Assembly: GCF_000009705.1 (NCBI RefSeq)
Contig: NC_003272.1
Location: 3,360,001 to 3,392,000, forward strand
DNA: 32,000 nt
From: Nostoc sp. PCC 7120 = FACHB-418
GTDB lineage: Bacteria > Cyanobacteriota > Cyanobacteriia > Cyanobacteriales > Nostocaceae
Reading direction: 5' to 3'
In this document: positions 9,195 through 16,721 of the stretch, piece after piece
Layout: every line of letters starts with the position of its first letter
Position numbering within the stretch: position 1 is the stretch's first letter
Notes under the pieces: generated by a model
What the model saw: only the letters and a program-made list of their open reading frames with translations
The model's database searches: none
What the model was told of the DNA's origin: nothing
Translations under genes and position numbers: made by a program

Positions 9195-9271
9195 TGGAAA
9201 GAGAGAGGATAAATGCTGAAGTCTACAACGAGCATCCGCCTAGCCGTGAAATGGCTGGCATATAAGTTACC

Positions 9272-10507
9272 CTAATTGCTATTCTCTACTTGTTTAATTG
9301 GGAGTATAATATCGATTTTAGTTCCTTGGTTCTCAATAGAAGTACATTTGATAGAGCCACCATGCTGCTCAACAATAATTTGATAGCTAATAGACAAACC
9401 TAAACCAGTTCCTTGACCAACAGGCTTAGTAGTAAAAAAAGGTTGGAAAATGCTCCGACAAATGTCTTCACTCATACCACAACCATTATCAGCAATTGAG
9501 ATAGTAATTTGATTGTCCTGAGAATGAAATGTACGAATCCAAATAGTTGGTGTTTCATCTATATTTGGAGCGAGAGTAGCTAACTTTGAAATTAAAGCAT
9601 CGATGGCATTATTAATTAAATTTAGAAATACTTGATTTAAAAAGCGTGGATTACAAAAAATTTGAGGAATTTTCCCGTACTCTTTAATCACTGAAATAGG
9701 CTGGCCATTACTACCATCACAGTTAAGCCGATGCTGCAAAATGACGAGTGTACTATCAATACCCTCGTGAATATCAGCTTTTTTATAGTTAGCTTCATTC
9801 AAACGTGAGAAATTTGAGAGCGATTCTACAATCTCCTTAATACGAACTGCGCCAACCTGCATGGAATTCAGCAGCTTTGGCAAGTCGCTCTGGATATACT
9901 TCAAATCGCTGTTAGCAAGAGCCTTAACAATTCTGACATCTGGATTTGGATATACAGAAGCATAAGTTGTTACAAGGTTTAGTAAGTCATGAGCATACTG
10001 GTGAAGATATTCTAAATTGCCATGTATAAAACTCACTGGATTATTAATTTCGTGGGCAACCCCAGCAACCATTGTTCCCAACGCTAACATAGTTTCACGT
10101 TGAATTAATTGCATTTGAGCTTGCTGAGTTTCTTTTAATTGAAATAAAGCTGATTCAGCATTTTCTTTTGCTGCGCGGTATTTTTCCTGTACTATAAATA
10201 GTCGTTGCAGTGTGTGGTAGTAGATAGTAACACTAAAAAACACGAATAATGCTCCGAAAAAGAAAACCATCCCAGTGAGCAATGGTATCCATTCAATCAG
10301 CCTCGCAATTGTTAAATAGATGCTCCCCAAATAACCACCCAGAAAAAAAATCATTAGTAAAAACATGATTTGCCAACTCAGTTGCTCTGGTTCGGTCTTG
10401 AATAATTTGAGAATTTTTTGAGTCTTGAGAATGGATAGTCCCATTATCCCAGCCCCAAGTGTAATCAGAATGATAATGAAAGACAGAACAATGGAAGAAT
10501 TCAACAT
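9272..10507 (-). CDS. Membrane-bound sensor histidine kinase with no response regulator adjacent
   Basis: 411-aa ORF with 3-4 N-terminal TM helices and a coiled-coil linker. H-box VAGVAHEINNPVSF, N-box LINNAIDA, G1 DNGCGM, G2 GQGTGLGLS. Confidence 0.9.
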   Translation of the reverse strand: MLNSSIVLSFIIILITLGAGIMGLSILKTQKILKLFKTEPEQLSWQIMFLLMIFFLGGYLGSIYLTIARLIEWIPLLTGMVFFFGALFVFFSVTIYYHTLQRLFIVQEKYRAAKENAESALFQLKETQQAQMQLIQRETMLALGTMVAGVAHEINNPVSFIHGNLEYLHQYAHDLLNLVTTYASVYPNPDVRIVKALANSDLKYIQSDLPKLLNSMQVGAVRIKEIVESLSNFSRLNEANYKKADIHEGIDSTLVILQHRLNCDGSNGQPISVIKEYGKIPQIFCNPRFLNQVFLNLINNAIDALISKLATLAPNIDETPTIWIRTFHSQDNQITISIADNGCGMSEDICRSIFQPFFTTKPVGQGTGLGLSISYQIIVEQHGGSIKCTSIENQGTKIDIILPIKQVENSN

Positions 10508-10820
10508 AGTATTAAGCCGACATAAACATAAAAAACCGCAAGATGCTCTGTAAACTCCTACTATATCTACGCCTAGTAGACATAAGTTATAGAGATACGT
10601 CTCAGTAACTTTATCTATATAAATAGATTTACAGCGCTCACGTAATGCTTCATAAATAGGTATAGTGGGGGTTTCGCGCTCACTCCTTTTTTAGCTTCAT
10701 CAAATATTTTTTATACTCATGTATTTAATGTTATAGATATTACATCTATAGGAATCCTATTTGATTTGTGAACAAGACCAAGAGATAATACGGAGAGGGA
10801 TAAAAGTCTAATAGTAAACA

Positions 10821-11390
10821 ATGAAAAGTCAGCATTTACAAGCTACTACACTTGCGGGGGAAGTATCGCAGCAATATTTAAAAGAGGAAACTGCACTGAA
10901 TGCGATTGCTGAATTACAAGATTTTATAGATATGTGTCCAGATGCGCGTGAAGTAAGGAAAGCATTGGCAGTCAAGCTAGTTTATCAAGGTTACTTGTAT
11001 GATGAAATCCAAAAAATTTTAGACGTATCGCGAGGGTCAATCACAGGCTGGAAGCAAGCCTATGAAGAAACTGGAATTGACGGACTGCGACTAAACTACA
11101 AAGGGAGAAAGAGCTATCTGAATGCTAAACAACTCCAAGAGGTGTTGAGCTGGCTACAAACAAAAGATTGTTGGGAGCTTGGGGAACTAGAGTATCAACT
11201 AGCTTTTGAGTATGACGTAGTTTATGAGTCAAAGCAAAGCTACTACGACTTGTTCTCCGAAGCAGGAATCAGTTGGAAGAAAACCACAAAGGTAAATCCG
11301 AAAGCCGATGAGAATGCTGTTGCAGAAAAAAAAAAGAGATTGAAACATTGCTGGCAAATAACCGAGAAGAAATCGAAACAGGAAAGTTAA
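10821..11390 (+). CDS. IS630-family transposase, N-terminal HTH part (orfA)
   Basis: 189-aa ORF inside the IS. It has helix-turn-helix-like segments (VSRGSITGWKQAYEETGIDGL) and ends shortly after the A10 run. Confidence 0.85.
   Translation: MKSQHLQATTLAGEVSQQYLKEETALNAIAELQDFIDMCPDAREVRKALAVKLVYQGYLYDEIQKILDVSRGSITGWKQAYEETGIDGLRLNYKGRKSYLNAKQLQEVLSWLQTKDCWELGELEYQLAFEYDVVYESKQSYYDLFSEAGISWKKTTKVNPKADENAVAEKKKRLKHCWQITEKKSKQES
11326..11335 (+). promoter_or_regulatory. A10 homopolymer, candidate -1 programmed frameshift (or slippage) site of the IS630 transposase
   Basis: GAAAAAAAAAAG lies in the orfA/orfB overlap, and the -1 frame is open from 11312. Confidence 0.55.
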
Positions 11391-11932
11391 GAGTATTGTT
11401 AATTGATGAGTGTCATTTAATGTGGGGAGATTTAAGTGGTTATGTATGGGGAAAAAGTGACCAAGAAATCGCAGTCCCAGTTGTCAACGAGCGAGATAAG
11501 CAGACATACTATGGGGCAGTTGACTATCTCCTTGGAGAATTAGTTCTCAAAGCTTATGATGCTGGAAACTCAAAAAATACTATCAACTACCTAGAATACT
11601 TACTAGCTAACTCTCCCGACCAGCGATTACTAATTTTTTGGGATGGGGCTAGCTACCACCGTTCCAAGGAAATTAGAGGTTTCTTGGACTCTGTTAATCA
11701 AAGCTTACCAACCGAGCAATGGAAAATACACTGTGTCCGTTTTGCCCCTAATTGCCCAGTACAAAATCCGATAGAGGATATTTGGTTACAAGCCAAAACA
11801 TGGGTTAGACGTTTTTGTGCTTTAATTCCTTCATTTTCACATTTAAAGTGGATATTTGAGTGGTTTATTAGACACACTACCTTTGATTTTGACACTCTAC
11901 AGATGTACGGAACTTATTCAAAAATCAAATAG
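11348..11932 (+). CDS. IS630-family transposase, DDE catalytic part (orfB, -1 frame; this frame is open from 11312)
   Basis: Contains LLIDECH, IFWDGASYH and NPIEDIW (a D,D,E triad arrangement). The frame is -1 relative to orfA. A slip on the A10 run would give ...AEKKKKEIETLLANNREE.... Confidence 0.85.
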   Translation: MLANNREEIETGKLRVLLIDECHLMWGDLSGYVWGKSDQEIAVPVVNERDKQTYYGAVDYLLGELVLKAYDAGNSKNTINYLEYLLANSPDQRLLIFWDGASYHRSKEIRGFLDSVNQSLPTEQWKIHCVRFAPNCPVQNPIEDIWLQAKTWVRRFCALIPSFSHLKWIFEWFIRHTTFDFDTLQMYGTYSKIK

Positions 11933-12043
11933 GATTCCTATATTTATATAAATACTAGAAAATACGGGTGTGAAATTAAGTTAAGGAAGAACGCAAACAA
12001 CTGATATCCAGAATTAGCCAAGCATCAGGTGTTGCTCAATACC

Positions 12044-12239
12044 TTCACCCCCGCGAACTTGAAAGCCGCCGACACTATTTTTCGGCATAGCTTTTGCCAA
12101 AATGGAAATGAAGATTGTTGCAGCCCATCTTTTACGTCGCTATCATTGGGAAATCTTGCCCAATCAAAGTTTAGATTCGGTGCTAGTCCCTACTAACCAA
12201 CCTCAAGATGGGTTGCGAGTTCGATTCCAACCTCTGTGA
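12044..12239 (+). pseudogene. 3' remnant of a cytochrome P450 gene
   Basis: The frame ending at TGA 12237-12239 reads ...FFGIAFAKMEMKIVAAHLLRRYHWEILPNQSLDSVLVPTNQPQDGLRVRFQPL, the typical post-haem-loop C-terminus of P450s. The FxxGxRxCxG cysteine loop is missing, an in-frame TGA sits at 12060-12062, and an FxP-like bit (FTPANL) lies in another frame. There is no 5' part of the gene. Confidence 0.6.
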
Positions 12240-12985
12240 GATGTTTTATGTCACTCCCAGTAAAAATAAACTTATCTGAAGGTTTATTACAACATTGGCA
12301 AACAGCAAAGGGTTATGTTGACCAAAGGGTTAACTCTTTAACTGACTCAGCACAAAAACTTGGGCAATCTTTACAAGAAACGACTAATACAACCACTGAT
12401 AAAACTATTGATGCCGTTACAAAAACTCTGGGACAAAGCTGGCAAACGGCAGAACAAATTAAGAGTACAACATCTGTGGCGCTAAAAACAGCCATAGATG
12501 CTTCTGTAAATGATTGGCTAGTACAACACCCTACATTTTGGCGATTAGTGCAGATATTAGTTTGGGCAACTAATCACCCAATTATTAGTTTAATCATACT
12601 ACTATTTACCATAGCTCTCATTTGGAGCATTATCAAAGCAATAATGCGCTTGATTGAGACAGCTAGCGCGTCAATTTTGCAAGTACCATTAAAATTTATT
12701 CAGGCTTTAATTCAATTTGTGATTTTATCTTTAACTAAAGTTGGCAGCTTCGCTATACAAAAAATCAGCAATCATCACATAATAGACGATGCAAAAGCTT
12801 TGTCAATGACGAAAACTGAAGTGTTTCATCAAGATAAACAGCAAAGATTAATAGATATTTCCCATCGCCTGGAAGAAATTCAACAGGAACAGCAACAGCT
12901 TTTACAAGAAGCTCAAGAGCTAATTGCTTCAGATACCATTGAGGTAAAACATCCGGAAATAAAATTAACTCCCAGTCAATATTAA
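12236..12985 (+). CDS. Hypothetical membrane protein with a C-terminal Q-rich coiled coil
   Basis: 249-aa ORF. The more likely start is ATG 12248 (MSLPVKINL...). It has two or three hydrophobic helices (PIISLIILLFTIALIWSIIKAI, LIQFVILSLTKVGSFAI) and the coiled-coil segment RLEEIQQEQQQLLQEAQEL. No family recognised. Confidence 0.6.
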   Translation: MRCFMSLPVKINLSEGLLQHWQTAKGYVDQRVNSLTDSAQKLGQSLQETTNTTTDKTIDAVTKTLGQSWQTAEQIKSTTSVALKTAIDASVNDWLVQHPTFWRLVQILVWATNHPIISLIILLFTIALIWSIIKAIMRLIETASASILQVPLKFIQALIQFVILSLTKVGSFAIQKISNHHIIDDAKALSMTKTEVFHQDKQQRLIDISHRLEEIQQEQQQLLQEAQELIASDTIEVKHPEIKLTPSQY

Positions 12986-14125
12986 AACATCAGAAAATTG
13001 GGGAATGATATCATCTTCTGTGCCAGATAAAAATTGAGCAAAGCGCTGTGCTAATGGTGGTATCAAAACTAAAGGATTGCTGAAACCAGAAAAAATATGC
13101 ACGCCTGTAAATTCGGGAATAGCACCAATTACAGGTAAGCCACTACTACTAAATGCAACTAAACAATGATGCCAATCTCCTGGTAAATCACCTAATGTAG
13201 GTAAAATTTGACTAATACTTTGTCGCAACCAACGCTCACTTTCTTCATGGTTGATATCAGCATCTACATCTGTCAGTACCCGACTAATTTGACCCAAGCG
13301 TAAACTTCCATCTAAAAACTGAACTGCACCCGCATCTAATATAGGTGGTAACAGTTGATTACCGGATTCATCCCATAATTCATCGACTTTAGTAGATGCA
13401 GACTCTAATTTAAATCTTTGCAGGTTCGCTGGCATGACTAAAGTATTTAACCGCGAATCAACGGGAGGAGTTTCAATTATTTCTGCATGGGTGAAATACA
13501 CTTTAATGGAAACACCTGCTGATTTTAGTAAGCGTCGGCTGAGTCCACCAGCGCAAACGACTACATTAGCACTGTGATAAGTTGCAGTAGTCGTTTTGAC
13601 ACCACCTGACATTACCTGCAATACTTCACCTATTTGCAACTCACCCCCAGCACGCAAAAAGGCTTGAATGTAAGCTTGCACAGTTTTTTGGGGATGAATA
13701 TGACCATGTTTGACAGTTAACGCACCTGCGATCGCTCCTGGGTTCAACAGTGGTTCTAACTCACAAGCTTCTGGTACACTTAATAGACATGGCGGTACTG
13801 CACACTGAGCATACAACTCTGCTGTAACTTCTAGGTCACTGTCAGCAGGAATTGTCAGCAATAAATCCAATTCTCGCAATTCAATATCAGCATCTAACTC
13901 TTGGGAAAGAATATTGTAGCGATCGCGCGCCTCCTGGCATAATTGTCTTGTTAATGGTGTACTCCCCGACCAATAGGCAAGTCCGCCATAACTGTAACGA
14001 GTAGCATTCTGGGCTACAGCGTCTTTTTCTAATAAAAGTACACTAAAGCCTGTTTTCACCAATTCATAGGCGAGTACAGCACCCGTCATTCCCCCGCCAA
14101 CCACAATCCAATCGTAAGTTTTCAT
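12965..14125 (-). CDS. FAD-dependent oxidoreductase (DAO/glycine-oxidase-like superfamily)
   Basis: 386-aa ORF with the N-terminal Rossmann motif DWIVVGGGMTGAVLAYELVKTGFSVLLLEK. It overlaps the convergent upstream ORF by 21 nt. Confidence 0.85.
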   Translation of the reverse strand: MKTYDWIVVGGGMTGAVLAYELVKTGFSVLLLEKDAVAQNATRYSYGGLAYWSGSTPLTRQLCQEARDRYNILSQELDADIELRELDLLLTIPADSDLEVTAELYAQCAVPPCLLSVPEACELEPLLNPGAIAGALTVKHGHIHPQKTVQAYIQAFLRAGGELQIGEVLQVMSGGVKTTTATYHSANVVVCAGGLSRRLLKSAGVSIKVYFTHAEIIETPPVDSRLNTLVMPANLQRFKLESASTKVDELWDESGNQLLPPILDAGAVQFLDGSLRLGQISRVLTDVDADINHEESERWLRQSISQILPTLGDLPGDWHHCLVAFSSSGLPVIGAIPEFTGVHIFSGFSNPLVLIPPLAQRFAQFLSGTEDDIIPQFSDVLILTGS

Positions 14126-14250
14126 TTAATAGGTTGCTTGTAGACGACTTACAAGATATTCTCCCGCAAGTATGGGAGGATATATGGGCGCTCTGTCTGG
14201 CTGACAACTTGCTCGCTACTATCTCCCCTAATGGTATTTGCATGATTTTA

Positions 14251-14283
14251 CAAAAAAGCAGATCAGTGAATCACTAATCTGCT
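14251..14283 (-). terminator. Rho-independent terminator of the rbp gene
   Basis: The minus strand reads AGCAGAT-N13-ATCTGCT followed by TTTTTTG, about 60 nt downstream of the rbp stop. Confidence 0.6.
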
Positions 14284-14342
14284 GATTATGGGATGATTTG
14301 CTTTTAAGAAATACTAAATTTTCTCAAGAAACAGTATTGACG

Positions 14343-14642
14343 TTAGTAGCCACCATTATTTCTTGACCAACTACCCCCACCGGAACGAGCGCCTTTCTCT
14401 TCCCGTGGACGAGCTTTATTAACTTTAAGTACACGCCCCATCCATTCTGCGCCATCAAGAGCTTGAATGGCTGCATCTTCTGCGGCTGATGATTCCATTT
14501 CTACGAAACCAAAACCGCGAACACGTCCGGTTTCTCTATCTGTGGGTAACTGAACGCGTGTGACTGAACCGTACTCGGAAAATACTTTAGTAAGGTCGTC
14601 TTGTGTGACGCTGTAGGACAGATTCCCTACGTATATTGACAT
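14343..14642 (-). CDS. rbp: Glycine-rich RRM-type RNA-binding protein
   Basis: 99-aa ORF with RNP2 IYVGNL, RNP1 RGFGFVEM and the Gly-rich tail SGGGSWSRNNGGY. This is the classic cyanobacterial Rbp architecture. Confidence 0.95.
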   Translation of the reverse strand: MSIYVGNLSYSVTQDDLTKVFSEYGSVTRVQLPTDRETGRVRGFGFVEMESSAAEDAAIQALDGAEWMGRVLKVNKARPREEKGARSGGGSWSRNNGGY

Positions 14643-14646
14643 GAAA

Positions 14647-14687
14647 CTCTCCAGAATCCATTGATGCAGAGATGTTTATCCGGAGAG
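14647..14687 (-). promoter_or_regulatory. 5'-UTR stem-loop that pairs with the rbp Shine-Dalgarno region
   Basis: The mRNA reads CUCUCCGGA-N23-UCUGGAGAG-UUUC-AUG, a 9-bp stem with one G-U pair. The GGAGAG in the 3' arm lies 4 nt before the AUG. Confidence 0.4.
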
Positions 14688-14838
14688 CCGCTTGAAATTA
14701 TTACTAAAAACAAGATACGTATCACCGAACTTAACTTCTCTAATTATATTTTATCACATCTTCATGATTAGTAAAGTATGTATTGAAATTTTTGTTTTAA
14801 TGTATGGTATAATACAAAACTTTTTGACTATCTAGAAA

Positions 14839-15858
14839 TTAAGTTTCTACAAAGAAAGTCTCTGGATCAGTTCCCCAGTTTATCCAGCAAATCGCTTCAC
14901 GGGCTGATTTTGTCTGGGGTGGAACCCGCAAAACGTGAATGAATCCTGTGCTGGGGCAGGTCATTTTTAATAAGTAGATTGGCTCAACATCAATGGAGTT
15001 GTCAATCTGCACAAGGGTATATTCTGCCCAACTATCTAATTCAACCGCTTGCAATTCTTGGCAGATACGAGCGTAACCTATACCTTGAATCAAAACGCGG
15101 CGTAGTTCAGCATTTGTTTCTGTTAACAGCCATTGCGGTTCCCATTGCTGCGGGTGGAGTTTGCCGTATTTTTCCGGTAGGGTGATACCGTGATAGGAGT
15201 AGATACTGTATCCATCTGCAAACTCTACAGCTGGTTCGCCTTCGGCGTGGAGTTGATTTTGATTGTCGAAGCGGATGTGAAGTGGGCGATCGCAGATAAT
15301 ACAAACATGATTATAAGGAAAGAACCAGGGACACTCATTAGCGAGTGCTAACCAAAACTCCCAAAGATGATGATGATATTCACAACCTAATACAGAGATA
15401 CAATAATCAATATAAGTTGCATAATATACCCATCCTGTTATTAAATTAAGATCATCCCAAGATAAAAACTGATTCTCGCTAATAGACATCAATAATCTCT
15501 TGCTTATACCTCCAAAAGGATAATAAATTTTTCCTCTTACCTTTTTGAATATCTCAGTATTGATTTGACTATTTATCTTCTCTTTAAGAGGTAAATTTAT
15601 TTTAACTTGAACTTGTTTTACTAAAGATTGTTCTATTAAATTGTGTGCATCAATTTTTAGGAAATTATTATTAAATTGATTAGGGCTTTCTAAAAAGATA
15701 ATTTTCGGTATTGATTTACCAAGTAAAGAATATGCTAGATCTGCCGCTTTTATGGCTTTCTCTCGTTTAATTCTTTGGGTTAAAAGCGCAATATTTCGCC
15801 ACTTCTCTCGATAAACCGTAATCAAACTTTCTTGCTCATTCGTTAACTGGTTTATCAT
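14839..15858 (-). CDS. Conserved hypothetical protein (possibly DUF6745-like; from memory only)
   Basis: 339-aa ORF with good coding appearance. Motifs WRNIALLTQRI...AADLAYSLLGKSIPKIIFLESP and HAEGEPAVEFADGYSIYSYHGITLP. I can assign no function. Confidence 0.65.
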   Translation of the reverse strand: MINQLTNEQESLITVYREKWRNIALLTQRIKREKAIKAADLAYSLLGKSIPKIIFLESPNQFNNNFLKIDAHNLIEQSLVKQVQVKINLPLKEKINSQINTEIFKKVRGKIYYPFGGISKRLLMSISENQFLSWDDLNLITGWVYYATYIDYCISVLGCEYHHHLWEFWLALANECPWFFPYNHVCIICDRPLHIRFDNQNQLHAEGEPAVEFADGYSIYSYHGITLPEKYGKLHPQQWEPQWLLTETNAELRRVLIQGIGYARICQELQAVELDSWAEYTLVQIDNSIDVEPIYLLKMTCPSTGFIHVLRVPPQTKSAREAICWINWGTDPETFFVET

Positions 15859-15910
15859 TTTTCACTTTAGTTTATTCCTAATAAACATATTTTTTGGAAG
15901 AGCATTTTAA

Positions 15911-15983
15911 AACGCAGAGGGGCGCGGAGGTTTGTTTACGCGGAGGGACACGGAGGTTTGTAAGAGAGACGGGGATTTTTAAT
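15911..15983. repeat. Dispersed GC-rich CGCAGAGG/CGCGGAGG repeat ending in GGGGATTTTTAA (copy A)
   Basis: AACGCAGAGGGGCGCGGAGG...ACGCGGAGGGACACGGAGG...TGTAAGAG...GGGGATTTTTAA. The same blocks recur in a different order at 30557-30618. Confidence 0.6.
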
Positions 15984-16272
15984 CGGCGACATAACGCCAA
16001 CCTTCAGGTTCGTATTCGCGTTGAATTTTCACCATCCAATGACCTTGGGGTATGGGAATTGCTTGATGTTCCTCATGGGTTAGCAAAGCAGTCTTGGAAA
16101 ACACACGCAAGTAGAGTGTGCCATCTTTGTTAAATAATTGTGCCTCACCCTCAGTGATGCGATGCTTATGCCCTGTAACTTCACCCTCTGCCAAAGTTAA
16201 GTGAGGTATCATTTCTCCAGTAACTTCCTGCACAGGTAGTAGAATAACATCGCCTTGGCGAATTGCCTGCAT
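15979..16272 (-). CDS. Small conserved hypothetical protein (RQGDV...AEGEVTGHKH motif)
   Basis: 97-aa ORF. The N-terminal RQGDVILLPV and LAEGEVTGHKHRI resemble a small protein family I recall from phages and cyanobacteria with no known function. Confidence 0.6.
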   Translation of the reverse strand: MQAIRQGDVILLPVQEVTGEMIPHLTLAEGEVTGHKHRITEGEAQLFNKDGTLYLRVFSKTALLTHEEHQAIPIPQGHWMVKIQREYEPEGWRYVAD

Positions 16273-16350
16273 GATTTTGCCTCTGGGGATAAGTACAAAC
16301 CCCTCTTCGCTTTTTCTCTCAAGTTTGGTTTAATTTTGGCACAGGATGTT

Positions 16351-16367
16351 GGGGACTGGGGACTGGG
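16351..16367. repeat. STRR1-type heptamers (GGGGACT x2.4)
   Basis: GGGGACTGGGGACTGGG read directly. It is the complement of the CCCCAGT heptamer typical of heterocystous cyanobacteria. Confidence 0.7.
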
Positions 16368-16721
16368 TATTAGGGAGTGATGAGTGCTGAGTTCTCAAGC
16401 AAGAGTTTCTCCCCTACTGCTCCCCTGCCTCCTGCCTAAAGCTAAGGTATCGTTGTACTAAACTCACGGGGTATATTGAAAACTCTAGTCGCCAATTTGC
16501 CTTTGATAAGTTAAAGATGGAAATAGCTGGAAATTCCAGCACCATTCTTCTAACATATGTTCTAGAAAGGACTACACCCGCAGTTTGAAGGATTTTCAAC
16601 CCAACAGACAGTCTTGATGAGGCTCAATCTAAAGCAATCGTGACGTTTCATCTTGACATTTCATCGAAGTTAACTCAATTTGACTGTTTAGCTTCACAGC
16701 TATTCTTTTTTTTGAAATTCC

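Larger units (their letters stand above)
10747..11942 (+). mobile_element. IS630/Tc1-mariner-family insertion sequence, complete
   Basis: ~30-bp terminal inverted repeats: TATAGGAATCCTATTTGATTTGTGAACAAG on the left, and the reverse complement of the right end reads TATAGGAATCCTATTTGATTTTTGAATAAG (2 mismatches). TA lies at both junctions. Two overlapping transposase ORFs are joined by an A10 run. Confidence 0.88.

Noticed and set aside
12219-12228. tRNA-like T-loop sequence GTTCGATTCC
   Set aside because: The flanking bases cannot form a T-stem (GCGAG vs CCAAC), and there is no acceptor stem or anticodon arm. The sequence is part of the P450 remnant reading frame (…LRVRFQPL).
15894-16599. ORFs 15894..16133+ and 16414..16599-
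   Set aside because: The first overlaps the dispersed GC-rich repeat and is antisense to the 97-aa ORF. The second lies in the topA upstream region, next to the STRR heptamers at 16351-16367, with no start context or motif.
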